Both the position numbers and the translations under genes were made by a program. Below are positions 26,858 through 38,986 of a DNA stretch of 64,000 bases, in pieces; the stretch's first letter is position 1; every line of letters starts with the position of its first letter. This stretch comes from Owenia fusiformis (taxonomy: Eukaryota). The notes beneath the pieces were generated by a model. That model had not been told where the DNA came from and did no database searches. It saw only the letters and a list, made by a program, of their open reading frames with translations. The stretch spans positions 13,888,001 to 13,952,000 of the forward strand of contig CAIIXF020000001.1 in the NCBI GenBank assembly GCA_903813345.2, read 5' to 3'.

Positions 26858-28933
26858 ATAAATGGTCAATAGACTGAATGCTAACATGTTAAGTTATGAC
26901 AACAATGTCTTCAACCTTAGTTGTATGTGAACTCTACTATAGGCGTATATTAATGGCTGCATTTACTTGATAGATTTGCCGATCATAGTGTCCTTATTTT
27001 CAACCATTGTTTCAGGAGCAAGGCATTCTTCTTTGATCTGATTTATTAAACTAAAATCTGGAATATCTTGTGTTGATATTTTTCTTCTTATTTTTTATAA
27101 GTGAACCCAAAAAACAACATAAAAAGTAAATTCTCACATTGCTTTTCTTTTTTCTAATTCTAAATAGTGCCAAAAAGATTAAATCAGTAGGCTATAAATT
27201 TAAAAAACAAACAAAAACATATCATGATGTAAAAATCAGTACTACTCGGATAGCAAATCAAGAAAAACAATTAAATAAAGTCAAACAACAATGCATAACT
27301 TACCAGACCTTGGATATGAAAAGAACCATATGTCATCAGCCCTGACTTCAAAATCTTTCATGTAATCATGGATCGTTGGTCTAATAAACTGTGGATAGTT
27401 ATATCCATCTACTTTGTGTACAGGGAATGGTTCTCCCAGATCATCCTTTATGATTGTAGGTGTTCCTTTAGTGACAGCTATATCATCAAAAATTCCACCT
27501 ACTGCATAGTTTATTTCTGCCATTTTCACTCAGTCCTCTGTACTATCAAGGCAGTTATATCTTTTTCTATTGACATGTTATGTCAGTTTGTCCTACACAG
27601 ATTCCATTAAAGGTGTAGTATGCCCATATATGATTGCCAGAATTGAAAATTAAATTAAATGGCAAGAAAGGTATTTTAGGTTTTCCCCTTTACTTCTAAT
27701 GCTATAGTAATTAAGTTACATATAGTAAATTAAGATGTTCCTATGACGTAGCCATGAAGATTAAAGCGGCGAGGCGAAAAATATTTCCAAACCTTGCCTT
27801 GCTTGCCTGGCAATAGAAGAACATGATGATAAACCTTTCTTAATGAGATTGTTCACAATTGAATCAAAAATTGATAATTTAACTGTTTAAAACACAGATC
27901 AAGAAAAAGGATGAGTGTGCTAAGATGCATTTATTGTGAGTATTTACCATAAAATTGAAACAAACTTTCAAGAGTTCCTTGCAATACAAACACCAAAACA
28001 CAACATGTTATCAGACATGATTGTACACTTACATCTTAATTAACAGGAAAGTTCCTTTTTAGAACATGTTGAAGTTTTATAATGGGATTCAGAAGTCAAT
28101 CATTGTAGAGCCCATTTGGAAGTTAGTGATATTTGTAAATAGAGGGGTGTTTAATAGCATAATATACCTGTTACAAGTTATGCCTCTCAACAAATTTTTA
28201 TACAGATAAAAAGATAAGACTTCATATTTGATTATGTTTTTTATTTATCCTTTTTTAAATCAGCATTTATTCAATTTTCTGTGAGACAAATCGTACCTTC
28301 TAGTACTATTCTAGCGGAGTGGAGTTGACTACCAGTGTACATGAACTGTAACAGTAGTTTCATCATAGTTTATGATTATGTTAATTTGCATAATTTCCTA
28401 TTTGTAATAAGACTATTAATGCAAGAGGTTTAGATCATCAGGAAAACAATACTAGACATGAATGGCAAGTTTTTTGAAAAATTACTAGTATGAGTTTTTA
28501 CTAGTACAAAAAATTACTTGTGATTGAAAGTATACAGGTTAATGCAGGTATACAGGTTAAGTGGGCAAAATATTTTCAAAGATTATTTTGCAGGCAACCA
28601 TTCCTGGGGTTATATCCTATATTGTATGTTTGTTAAACACCTGAAATCTTGCAAGAACATTTTTTATTGGAAAAACTTTTGAACTTTTTGGAAGAACATG
28701 TGGTTAAACAGGGCGGTTAAAGCTACAAATAAAGTAGTTGGGCAAGAGTTGGAATCATTCTGAATACAACTAGTTTCGGGTCCATGTCAAACTTGTACGA
28801 ATGGCATGTATTTAGAAATTTTTTCTATTTGTCAAATTACTTGTAAAGTTACGAGTATACGAGTGGGGACCTGAATCCATTTTAGTTCGATAATATCAAA
28901 ACTGTTTTAGTTGTTTTTGTAAATTACATATTC

Positions 28934-31900
28934 TTAAGCGTCTAACAAGTTGTCGTAGACAAATGGTATTCCCTTCATTCTTTCCTTGTAGACTTTATCA
29001 AAAAGCTCATTTTGTGCCACAGTAAAGTGTTCTTTCCATGCACCAACTTCCCCTGAAATAAATATAAAATATTTAATAACAAATCACATATAGTTGTTGG
29101 ATCAGGAATCGTTTGAATGTACATTTATGAGGCAGACGAGATTTGCCGCAGAGGAATTTCATATGAAAATATTAATTCAGATATACCAGCATTTTTCAAA
29201 TAAACTGAAAATGAAATCTAACAATTGTAATACTTTATATTCACTTCAGCTATTGTAAATTGTCTCATCTATTTTAAGATCTTAGCTATGCCCCCATCCC
29301 AGTTACATTTATTTCCCACCCTTTACTTGGGATAAGATGAGATAATTATTACATGTTGATAATCAAATATTAAAACCTTTTCTGAACATCACATCTGCCC
29401 CTCTTCCATCTCTTGCATATGGATCGTATTCTTGATTGCGAGATTGTATAACATCAATCTTTGTTTCATCAACCATTTTCTTGTAATCTTCTTCACTTCA
29501 ACTTACACCTAAATAGTCAGCTATCTTCTTTATGGTACCAAGAGTATCCTTAAAATGTACACATCCATTGATTACTCTATTAAAATTTATATGATTGATT
29601 GATTTATGTATATGAGGGATATAACGAGGTATGCCATTTTGTTCTTGACTGCTTATTCGATCAAGATTGAACAAGGGACGAGTTCATTTTCATGGTACAT
29701 TTTCTCATTATCCCACTGAATGAATTTCAAGAAAATTTTCCAAGGTGGTTACTGAATTCAAAATGGCAACCATTATTATTAAGAAATGTATTTTTCGATC
29801 ATTTAAATACCAGTAATTGGATTTGATACAAATTTTAGAGGCTTTTTTGTGCACAGTGTTCAGCTTTTGGTAGTCGGCATATGTAAGAATGGCAGGTGAT
29901 GACACTTTGCATGTTAATGCCTTATTGTGAAAATTTATATTTTGAATCTCTTTGAATTAAAAAAATCACTGTACTATACTGACATTTTTGGTTTCTTCAT
30001 AAGTAAGGAACAGCATATCAACATTTTCTGCTAGTTTCTTGTATTCTTGTACATGCTTGAACCAATCATTCCATACCACTATAAATATAAGATTATCCAG
30101 TGTTGTATAAGTGTGTTGAAGGTACAAAAATTAGAAATTACAAATAGTAAATGAATTATTTTTTCATTTTTTTCATTAAAGCTTTTATTTGCCAAAAAGC
30201 TTATTATCCCATCGAACGGTGTTCGGAGGGATAAAGGGAATGCCTCCGTCCATCCATCTGTCCGTCCGTCCATCCGTCCGTCTGACTGTCCATCCATCCG
30301 TACGTACGTCCGTGTTACAATTTTTGCTTCGTTTGTAAAAATGCCAGCCATGTCTGTTCTATGGGATTGGCTAGACTTTGGTGTTGCTGTTTTCTAGTTT
30401 ACATTATTATATTCAACCCTATACATTACATCTTATTGATGCTAAGAAAACAATCTATGAATTCTTTTAAGTGATTTTACCCTCTCCTTTAAGCCAATTA
30501 GGCAAGTAACCTTCCCATGTGCCATTGTAGCCATGAACAAGTGCTGCTGAATGATGCTTGTATAAACTATATGCTGCATCTTTGGGATGACGGACAATGT
30601 TAATCGCCTTGCAATTGCTGGAATATTATAAGTTAATTTTTATATCTATACACTGCAATTCAGTGCTAAAATGACACAAAAGTGATTTTTTCCTCAATGG
30701 CACAAAATCTTGTATGAGGTATGCATAGAGGTAATATTTAATATGATGGAGTATTATTTAAAAAACATTTGAAGATGATTTTTTTTTCAGTACATGTTTC
30801 AACCTTTCAGATGGTATATCTTATTAGAGGATACCATATTCTCTCTTAAATGAGCACACAGTTCCAATGACAGCACATGCTACTTTTATGTTGAATATGG
30901 TCTCAATAAAACATGAAGTTTAATGCGTAATCCCACGAAACAAAATTTGTAGGGATATAGAAAAGATATCTATCCATTCGTTTGTTCATTTGTTTGTCTG
31001 GATGATAACTAAAATACAAGTTGATTGATTTGGTTTTTTACAGGCCTATGCCTAATGAGTGTAGGACCTCTGCTCGAGAAGTGTTTTATTCATTATTGAT
31101 GCTCAATTCAAAATGGCCAATACCACCATTTTTGTGAAAATGTAACCTTTACATTTAATAACTCAAATACCAGTTGACGGATTTGGATTTGGTTCAGATG
31201 CCTTGGGACATTGGAGTTCAGGATAAATCAAAGCGCTGAATTAAAAAATGGCTGCCATTTTTGTAAAAAACATAATATTTGATAATGAAATATCAATTTA
31301 CAGATTTGGTTGACATTTTACATACTGGTGATTGACATGGGTGTAGATCTTGCCGAAGGAGACAATACTAATTAACTATTATTTCAACTTTTGTTTCTGT
31401 CATGTACAGTTCAAAATGACAAGATAGTCTTTAAAATATGTTTCCTTTGGTGGAATTTGCTACTCCATGGAGTGGCTGTTTTCTAGTTTCGATTATTTAC
31501 ACAACTAGATATTGATTGATGATAATATTTAACGCTCATTAGGGAGAATATGGTGGTAATAAAGTTTGATAATTCTCAACCTCTAAAATCTTGCACTTAG
31601 AAAATTACAAGATTCTCCACACAATCCTGGAGAGAGTAATATGCCTATGTGTATAAAATGTCTTACTTCCATACTGTCTTTGGAATTGAACTTGGTAGTT
31701 GGTGTGTTCTGATAATTCTGGGAGCAGGCACTGAACCGATGACATTCTGTGTCTCCAACTCAGGCATACAGAACTCTTCCATACCCTTCGGGGCCTCTTG
31801 TAGGTCATGGGTCAGCCTGTATACTATATTCCATATCCAATGGTTCCCTTTGTAAATACAGAGAATGATGTATAAGTCAGTTAGTCAAGGCCATAGCTAG

Positions 31901-32938
31901 GATCAAAAATTAGGGGGAGTAGATTAGCTTTTATTCCAGGTTTTGAAAACAGCACCCTGACTACCAATGGCAAAAACCTGCCATTTCTGACTGCCAATGG
32001 CAAACACCTGCCATTGCTGACTGCCAATGGCAAACATCTGTTATTGCTGACTGCCAATGGCAAACACCCATTGCTGACTGCCAATGGCAAACACCTGCCA
32101 TTGCCATTGATGCCATTAACAATGACATTGCTGCTTAATGGTCAATAGAATGAATGCTAACATGTTAAGTTATGACAACAATGTCTTCAACCTTAGTTGT
32201 ATGTGAACCCGACTATAGGCATATATTAACGCCTGCATTTACTTGATAGCTTTGCCGACCATAGTGTCCTTATTTTCAATCAACCATTGTTTTAGGAGCA
32301 AGGCATTCTTCTATGGTCTGATTTATTAAACTAAAATCTGGAATATCTTGTGTTGTTATTGTTCTTATTAAAGGATTTAAGTCCTGAACTTAGTGCATTG
32401 TTTGCTGAATCATACCATGAGTTTTGTTTTCCACAGCGGGAATGCAAAGTTTAGGAAACAATGCCTGAGTGGAATGAAGCAGCTACAATGCATTGAGTCT
32501 TGTGCTAAATTATTTTTACACATTGCAAATTTTTTCTATATAAAACCATCTAAAAGGAACGAAATCACTAAAAGAACACATTTGAAATGACATTTTTTGC
32601 AAGGGTCAAGTTGGCAAGTCATCAAATCCAATGTGAAAAATCTATTCATCACCATGACAACTGTTTAACTAGTGAATGTGTTATTGATATTTCACACCAA
32701 CAACCATGCATAACTTACCAGACCTTGGATATGAAAAGAACCATATGTCATCAGCCCTGACTTCAAAATCTTTCATGTAATCATGAATCGTTGGTCTAAC
32801 AAACTGTGGATAGATATATCCATCTACTTTGTGTACAGGGAATGGATCCCCAAGATCATCCTTTATGATTGTAGGTGTTCCTTTAGTGACAAGTATATCA
32901 TCAAATATGCCACCAACTGCATAGTTTAATTCTGCCAT
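28934..32938 (-). pseudogene. Cytosolic sulfotransferase copy D, in-frame TGA in exon 5
   Basis: Exons 32938-32719, 31847-31667, 30617-30481, 30078-29984, 29548-29377, 29052-28934; TGA at 29498-29500 where B, C and E have TGG. Confidence 0.85.
31957..32108. repeat. Same 30-bp minisatellite, ~5 units, SULT D intron 1
   Basis: Same unit at the same intron position. Confidence 0.92.
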
Positions 32939-33799
32939 TTTCACCCAGTCCTCTGTACTATCAAGTGCAGTTATATCTGTTTGTCCTACACAGATTCCAT
33001 TAAAGGTGTAGTATGACCATATATGATTTCCAGAATTGAAAATTAAATTGCAAGAAAGGTATTTTTAAGTTTTCCCCTAAAATCGATAATTTAATTGCTT
33101 AAACCACAGATCAAGAAAAGGGATGAGTTTGCTGAGATGTATTTATTGTGAGTGTATATTTTTATTTACTATAAAATTGAAACAAGCTTTCAAGAGTTCC
33201 TTGCAATACAAAAACCAAAACACAACATGTTTTAAGATATGCTTTTGTACACTTACACCTCAATTGACAGGCAAGTTTATAATTTGATTCAGAAGTCTGT
33301 TAACTAATAGTTTCAATCATTGTAGAGCCCATTTTGACAGTTAGTGATATTTGTAGATAGAGGGGTGTTTAATGGCATAATATACCCGTTCTAAGTTAAA
33401 TTGGTGGTTGAATAAATATACAAATACAAATGCAAATAAGTTATGCCTCCCAATAAATTTGTATACCAATAAAAAGATATATTTGATTATATTTTTATTT
33501 TATACTTTTTTGAATCAGCTTTCATTCAGATTGGCTGTCATACATATATTTTAAAGATAATGTATGATTTTACCTTTAAAACACTTAGATATATATTTAT
33601 AAATAACATAACATCAAATAGAGATAATGACATACATGTTTATGATTCATAAAGTCATACAGATAACATATTTACATAAAACAAAACTAGAATAAAATAA
33701 CCTAACATTTACTTTGGCTTGGGGCGCGTATGGTGCTAATCATACGCGCTATTGTATAAAGTGGCATTCAAAGTCATTCTTGTTCAAGAATACGGTAAT

Positions 33800-35246
33800 T
33801 TCAGGTTTCTCATAAGTTTCATAATAGGCAGAGATTTCGATCTACCTTTGTTAATAATAGCAACTGTTGCTTCGTTGTCACAAACGAAAATTACATGTTT
33901 CTTTACCTATAGATGTGACCATAGTATAGCCGCAACTACCATGGGATATAACTCTAGAAAAGCCATCGACAGGTCGCCACGCTCGACTTCGGGCCCGGGA
34001 CTTCGGGTAATCTAGGCCACATTGAGTAAAAATACTGATTCTGGTAGACACCACCGAAGCCAAGCGTAGATGACGCGTCGGTGTGAAGGCTTATATCAGA
34101 TGACAAGGAGAAAAAGTGATCATAGAACATATTAACACCGTTCCATTGTAATAGGAAATATTTCCACATTGTTAGATCTTCAATGCAATGCCTATCGAGT
34201 GAAACCAATGAGAACATTTCTTTGACTGTCATGGATAGCTTGATAAGATAAGAGACAAAAGAACGTCCCGGTTTGATAACTCTTGAAGCAAAGTTCAAAT
34301 GTCCGAGTAGCTGTAGCAGCTCCTTTTTATCAATGCGTCTTTTATCAATGATATCCTTCATAAAAATAACGATGCGCTGTATCTTATCCTCTGGTAGCCG
34401 CGCTTCCATTTTATCCGAATCTAGAATGATTCCCAAGTATTCGATGCATGTTGTAGGTCCCAGGCATTTGTGGGCGGCAAGGGGGATTTTAAGTACGTTA
34501 AAAATCTGTGTCATAATGGCCATGGTTCTAAGACCGGTATCGGGATCACCTTCGATTGTTAGAAAATCGTCCAAGAGGTGTATTACAAAATCGACGTTAT
34601 ATTTGTGCTCCGCGATCCAACATACTGCCTGAGATATATTGTCAAAGATTTTTGGCGATGATCTGCATCCGAAACACAGCCGTGGACACACGTAGTAGTT
34701 TCCCATCCATTTTACACAGAAAAGATGCCATTGCCTTGGATCAATAGGGATGATTTTAAAAGCATCCTGGATGTCGAATTTACACATCATTGATTTTTGG
34801 CCTCTTTTAATAATCCCCCTAATCGCATCATCTATGGTAACATAGCTTAGAGAACATGCGTTTTTGTCTATGAGATCGTTTATACTTTCAGAATCGGAAT
34901 CATCGTGGGGTGACGACAGGTCAACAATAAGCCGTTTTTTGTTGGAATATTTTCCAACTGCTATGCCGACTGGACTTACCCTAAATGTTTTAAAGGGTGG
35001 TGTTTTGAAAGGGGCGAGAACATATCCTTTTTCTAGTTCCTTCTTTAATAACTCCGTAGTTGCCGCCGGTTGTTTCCTAGCCGAAAGAAGGTTACGGCAT
35101 TCGAGTGTCGGCAATTGAATTTCGCTTACCATGGTGTCAAAACCGTTTGCAAGTCCAGTACAAAGATATTGCACGAAGTTTTTGTCTGGGTGCATTTTTA
35201 ACTCGGATGCTAATTTTTTGACGTTCACAGGAGTGGACGCTACCAT
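33800..35246 (-). pseudogene. DIRS/Ngaro RT-RNase H, frameshift and stop within RNase H
   Basis: 430-aa ORF 33954-35246; RNase H continues in another frame (SMAFLELYPMVVAAILWSHL*...CDNEATV). Confidence 0.88.
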
Positions 35247-35261
35247 GAGATTAGGTTCTAG

Positions 35262-36367
35262 TCAGTTATTTCCACTTTTAGTTACGGAATTGACATCAGC
35301 GGTTTCAGACGTTTGTTTTGTAACGTGTGCTCTATTGCAATCTGCATATGTGCAACCACGGGAACTATTGAAATTATTACAAATCTCCCTGCCATCTTTG
35401 CATTGTATTGAGCGGCCTCTCATATCCTTTGAGCAGTTGAGCATTTTGCTTCCTGTTGACGAAGAGCTAACATGTGTCTTGACGTTGTCGCTGATCTTAC
35501 TGTTCAGTACAAGTTGCCATAAGTCCGAATTTCTGCAGCCCCAATCGACCTTTATTTGCAGATTTATCCAGGCAGCCATGCCTGGGAACTGAAACGCTTA
35601 TGGTACTCATAGAATTTTGGGCCAGGGTAGGAGTTATAAAGTTCTAAAATACCATGCTGGTATCTATCAAGCTCATCGCGTCTTCCTGGGAATTTTTCAC
35701 ACATCACCCTTTTATACTTGTCAAACGCTGTGATAAATTCGGCGATGTTAAGAGAGACTTTAAGCTTTGGGTCATTGTCCATGTTGATGGGCTTCAGACA
35801 GAGTTTTCCGTCATCATCCGTATCTAATGCTGGTGTTTTCGAAAGTTCGTAATACGGCGATAGCAAACATGCTAAGTTGACATATTTCCCGGATTGTATC
35901 GCCTTTCTAACCCCGGGTGAAATAATGTCTACAATAGGTAAAGAATTCGGGTGAATACCTTTGGAACCGAGGCCTGCTGATGATGATCCATCTCGTGGTC
36001 TGGGCTCTTTCGCCGCTGAATTCTCTATTTGCTCAGCTGAGCCAGCAGCGAACGGTATGTTCCGTTGGTTAACAAGGGAACTCACGACGTCAGTAAGATT
36101 TTCGACCTTATTTTCAAGATCTTTGATAATTCTTCTTTCTTCAGACATTACTTGTACGGGAGGTACGATAGGGCCGATTTCGATTTCATCCTGCTCCTCA
36201 GATGGTATAATCCCGTCGTTAGCTTCATCATTCATAACATTGTCCATATACAAGTTTCTCAACGCTGTGAGCAAAATCTTTTTCTTAATCTTTATCCCTA
36301 TGTCTGACAATTCTTCCTTCATATGTTCTGATGAAGGATAGGAAATACGTCGGTTTTTAGGTGGCAT
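35262..36367 (-). pseudogene. DIRS/Ngaro gag-like ORF, frameshifted near 35580
   Basis: ORFs 35564-36367 and 35262-35579 join across a frameshift (...RFSSQ / AAWINLQIKVDWG...); C-terminal CNNFNSSRGCTYADCNRAH Cys/His motif. Confidence 0.75.
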
Positions 36368-36495
36368 GATATTTGTGTTTGTGATGAATAATCAACTTTG
36401 AAAAATGTTTAAATCTCGTTGTGTCGTTCGCTACTTCGAAAAACTGAATGAATGATATCTTAAGATAGAATGGATGTTCAATTGTTTGGAACATT

Positions 36496-37626
36496 GCGGA
36501 ACGACTGTTCAGTGATTGACAATTACAGAGTGACAGTGTGGGCGGAGCCGAAGCTATGGCTGGCCTTACTAACATTTATTTATAAACAATGTTTACAAAG
36601 TAAACACATATATATATTTTTTATCAAAAACTACCTCTCAGATAGTTAATGATTAAATGTCCTGTAACCTTTGAACATAGTCATGACACTCAGCGCGTTC
36701 TAGTGAACTACTGCACTCTTCAAACTAGTAACCAAAACAGCTCCGTTTTGGTAACAAAATGTCTGAACCTCAGTTATGAATTTTCATTTTCCTTATTTCA
36801 AGCCAGAATTGGCATAATGGGCAACTGCAGTTGCTGGCAGTTGAACCTTATTTCTTAGCAATTATGACAACAAAATGGCTATAGTCTTCTTGTAATAAAA
36901 TGAGGTTTTGTTATAAAATCTTGAATTTCTGTGATGTAAATTTATTTAAATCATTAGAATAGCAATGTAATGTTGATAAGTTGCTGGTTGCATTCATTTA
37001 CCATTCTAGGTGCTGTGATATCTATGTATGAACTTGTTTGGATGAGAAATTAATTGGTTTGCGGAACGACTGTTCAGTGATTGACAATTACAGAGTGACA
37101 GTGTGGGCGGAGCCGAAGCTATGGCTGGCCTTACTAACATTTATTTATAAACAATGTTTACAAAGTAAACACATATATATATTTTTTATCAAAAACTACC
37201 TCTCAGATAGTTAATGATTAAATGTCCTGTAAACTTTGAACATAGTCATGACACTCAGCGCGTTCTAGTGAACTACTGCACTCTTCAAACTAGTAACCAA
37301 AACAGCTCCGTTTTGGTAACAAAATGTCTGAACCTCAGTTATGAATTTTCATTTTCCTTATTTCAAGCCAGAATTGGCATAATGGGCAACTGCAGTTGCT
37401 GGCAGTTGAACCTTATTTCTTAGCAATTATGACAACAAAATGGCTGATAGTCTTCTTGTAATAAAATGAGGTTTTGTTATAAAATCTTGAATTTCTGTGA
37501 TGTAAATTTATTTAAATCATTAGAATAGCAATGTAATGTTGATAAGTTGCTGGTTGCATTCATTTACCATTCTAGGTGCTGTGATATCTATGTATGAACT
37601 TGTTTGGATGAGAAATTAATTGGTTT
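36496..37626. repeat. 565-bp direct tandem duplication spanning the DIRS 5' terminus and host flank
   Basis: 36496-37060 and 37061-37626 are near-identical (both start GCGGAACGACTGTTC). Confidence 0.92.
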
Positions 37627-37868
37627 CCTACAGATCCATAACTTTTAAACTCCAGGGCTTACTGAACTCCATCTGCTTCCTACTGACCCCATGATTGACA
37701 ATATCCTTGCTGGCATTGACCTTTTTGACCAGGAATTTATCTATTTACAGTATTTTCGGACAAATTTTGAGTTTCAGCTGTTTTACAAAACATCCCATAA
37801 TTTCACCGTAAACTGTATAATGTGCATGAACGGCATACAGGTTAATCGTGTAAAATATTTATAATATA

Positions 37869-38648
37869 CCGTATTCTCTGTAATTACCGCCCACTCTCTA
37901 ATAAGCGCCCACCCCGCTTCACAAAGTTCAAGAAACATCGAGGAATCAACAAGAATTGAAGAATATATCAGGAAAAAAATATTTCTCAAAATCCAGGAGC
38001 AGGCGATAATAGAGTACTTACCCTAAAACTGCTGTAAACACGACGCGTTTTGTAATTCTATGCATCCTCTCGATACATATCTATCGATGGGTGCTTCCCA
38101 CACCATACCATGCTAATATTGTCTCCAAATAGTCCATAATGAATGAAGGAATTGTTCTTTATCGGCATTCAGAAATTTCAAAAGCTACTGCGCAGATGTT
38201 CTGCGCATGTCAAGGTCGTGAACTTTCTGGTTTCTTTTTAATGTTTCTCGACTTTTACACGACTTTTGCACGAATAATGATGATCTCTCATCAAATTAGA
38301 AATAATGTATAACTTTAGATCGATATCCAGCAGTCTCTAGTGGAAATATTGAAGGTAATCGGCGATAATGACAAAGTGGGCGTGCCGGAAATAAATTAGA
38401 CATAGACGGGTCTTCAACCACTGTCAATATTGTCTAAGCGATCTTTACCGTATTCTCTCCAATAACAGCACTTGTCATATTATTATAAAAATATGTTGAA
38501 GAAAATGCATTCTTGTCAAGAAAAATTGCCATACATGAAATTCCTCGGGATTTCTGATTTCTTTCATACATGGGCGCTTATTAGAATGGTCTAAATAATG
38601 TATTTTCAATTTTCTAAACGCCCTGGGCGCTAATTACAGAGAATACGG
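37869..38648. mobile_element. Tc1/mariner-pogo-like MITE, TA TSD
   Basis: TA|CCGTATTCTCTGTAATTA ... TAATTACAGAGAATACGG|TA; empty site in the paralogous region at ~21841-21860. Confidence 0.85.
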
Positions 38649-38986
38649 TAGATTTTGCAGCCAACTTTTCTCGGGGTTATATCCTATATGTTTGTAAAAC
38701 ACCTGAAATCTCGCAAAAAAAGGTTTTTATTGGAAAAACTTTGGAACCTTTGGTAAGAACTACTTTATATTTGACAAAACTTGTGATTAAACAATCATTC
38801 TGAATACAACGAGTTTCGGGACCATGTCATACTCGTATGGATGGCAAGTATTTTGAAATTTTTTCTCGTATTTGTCAATTAATTACAAGTTATACGAGTG
38901 GTGATCTGAACCTCTGATAAATACCACTATTTTTGTTCAGTAATATCAAAACTGTTTGAGATGTTTTTGTAAAATGACATATATTC

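Larger units (their letters stand above)
22181..27523 (-). pseudogene. Cytosolic sulfotransferase copy C, 1-nt deletion in last exon (real frameshift or homopolymer error)
   Basis: Exons 27523-27304, 26278-26098, 25278-25142, 24830-24736, 22936-22765, 22298-22181; last exon 118 nt versus 119 in paralogs (A4 versus A5 at ~22247-22250), giving ...[12 protein letters not shown]. Confidence 0.75.
33592..36606 (-). mobile_element. Decayed, 3'-deleted DIRS-order (probably Ngaro-like) retrotransposon
   Basis: Gag-like ORF plus RT/RNase H with FGCRSSPKIF, HLLDDF, TDASSTLGFGG and CDNEATVAIINKGRS; absent from the paralogous spacer at ~21190-21230, which gives approximate ends; no tyrosine recombinase ORF remains. 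Confidence 0.85.

Noticed and set aside
29498-29500. In-frame TGA in SULT D as a possible selenocysteine codon
   Set aside because: It aligns with Trp (TGG) in intact paralogs rather than Cys, and I see no SECIS evidence; a single G-to-A nonsense change is simpler.
34273-36341. + strand ORFs inside the DIRS element and - strand ORFs inside the Gypsy element
   Set aside because: Antisense shadows of gag/pol frames with no recognisable motifs; none resembles a tyrosine recombinase or env.
36496-37626. 565-bp direct repeat as LTRs or Ngaro split direct repeats
   Set aside because: Most of each unit is host spacer sequence also found upstream of copy B (~21230-21560), so it is a local tandem duplication.
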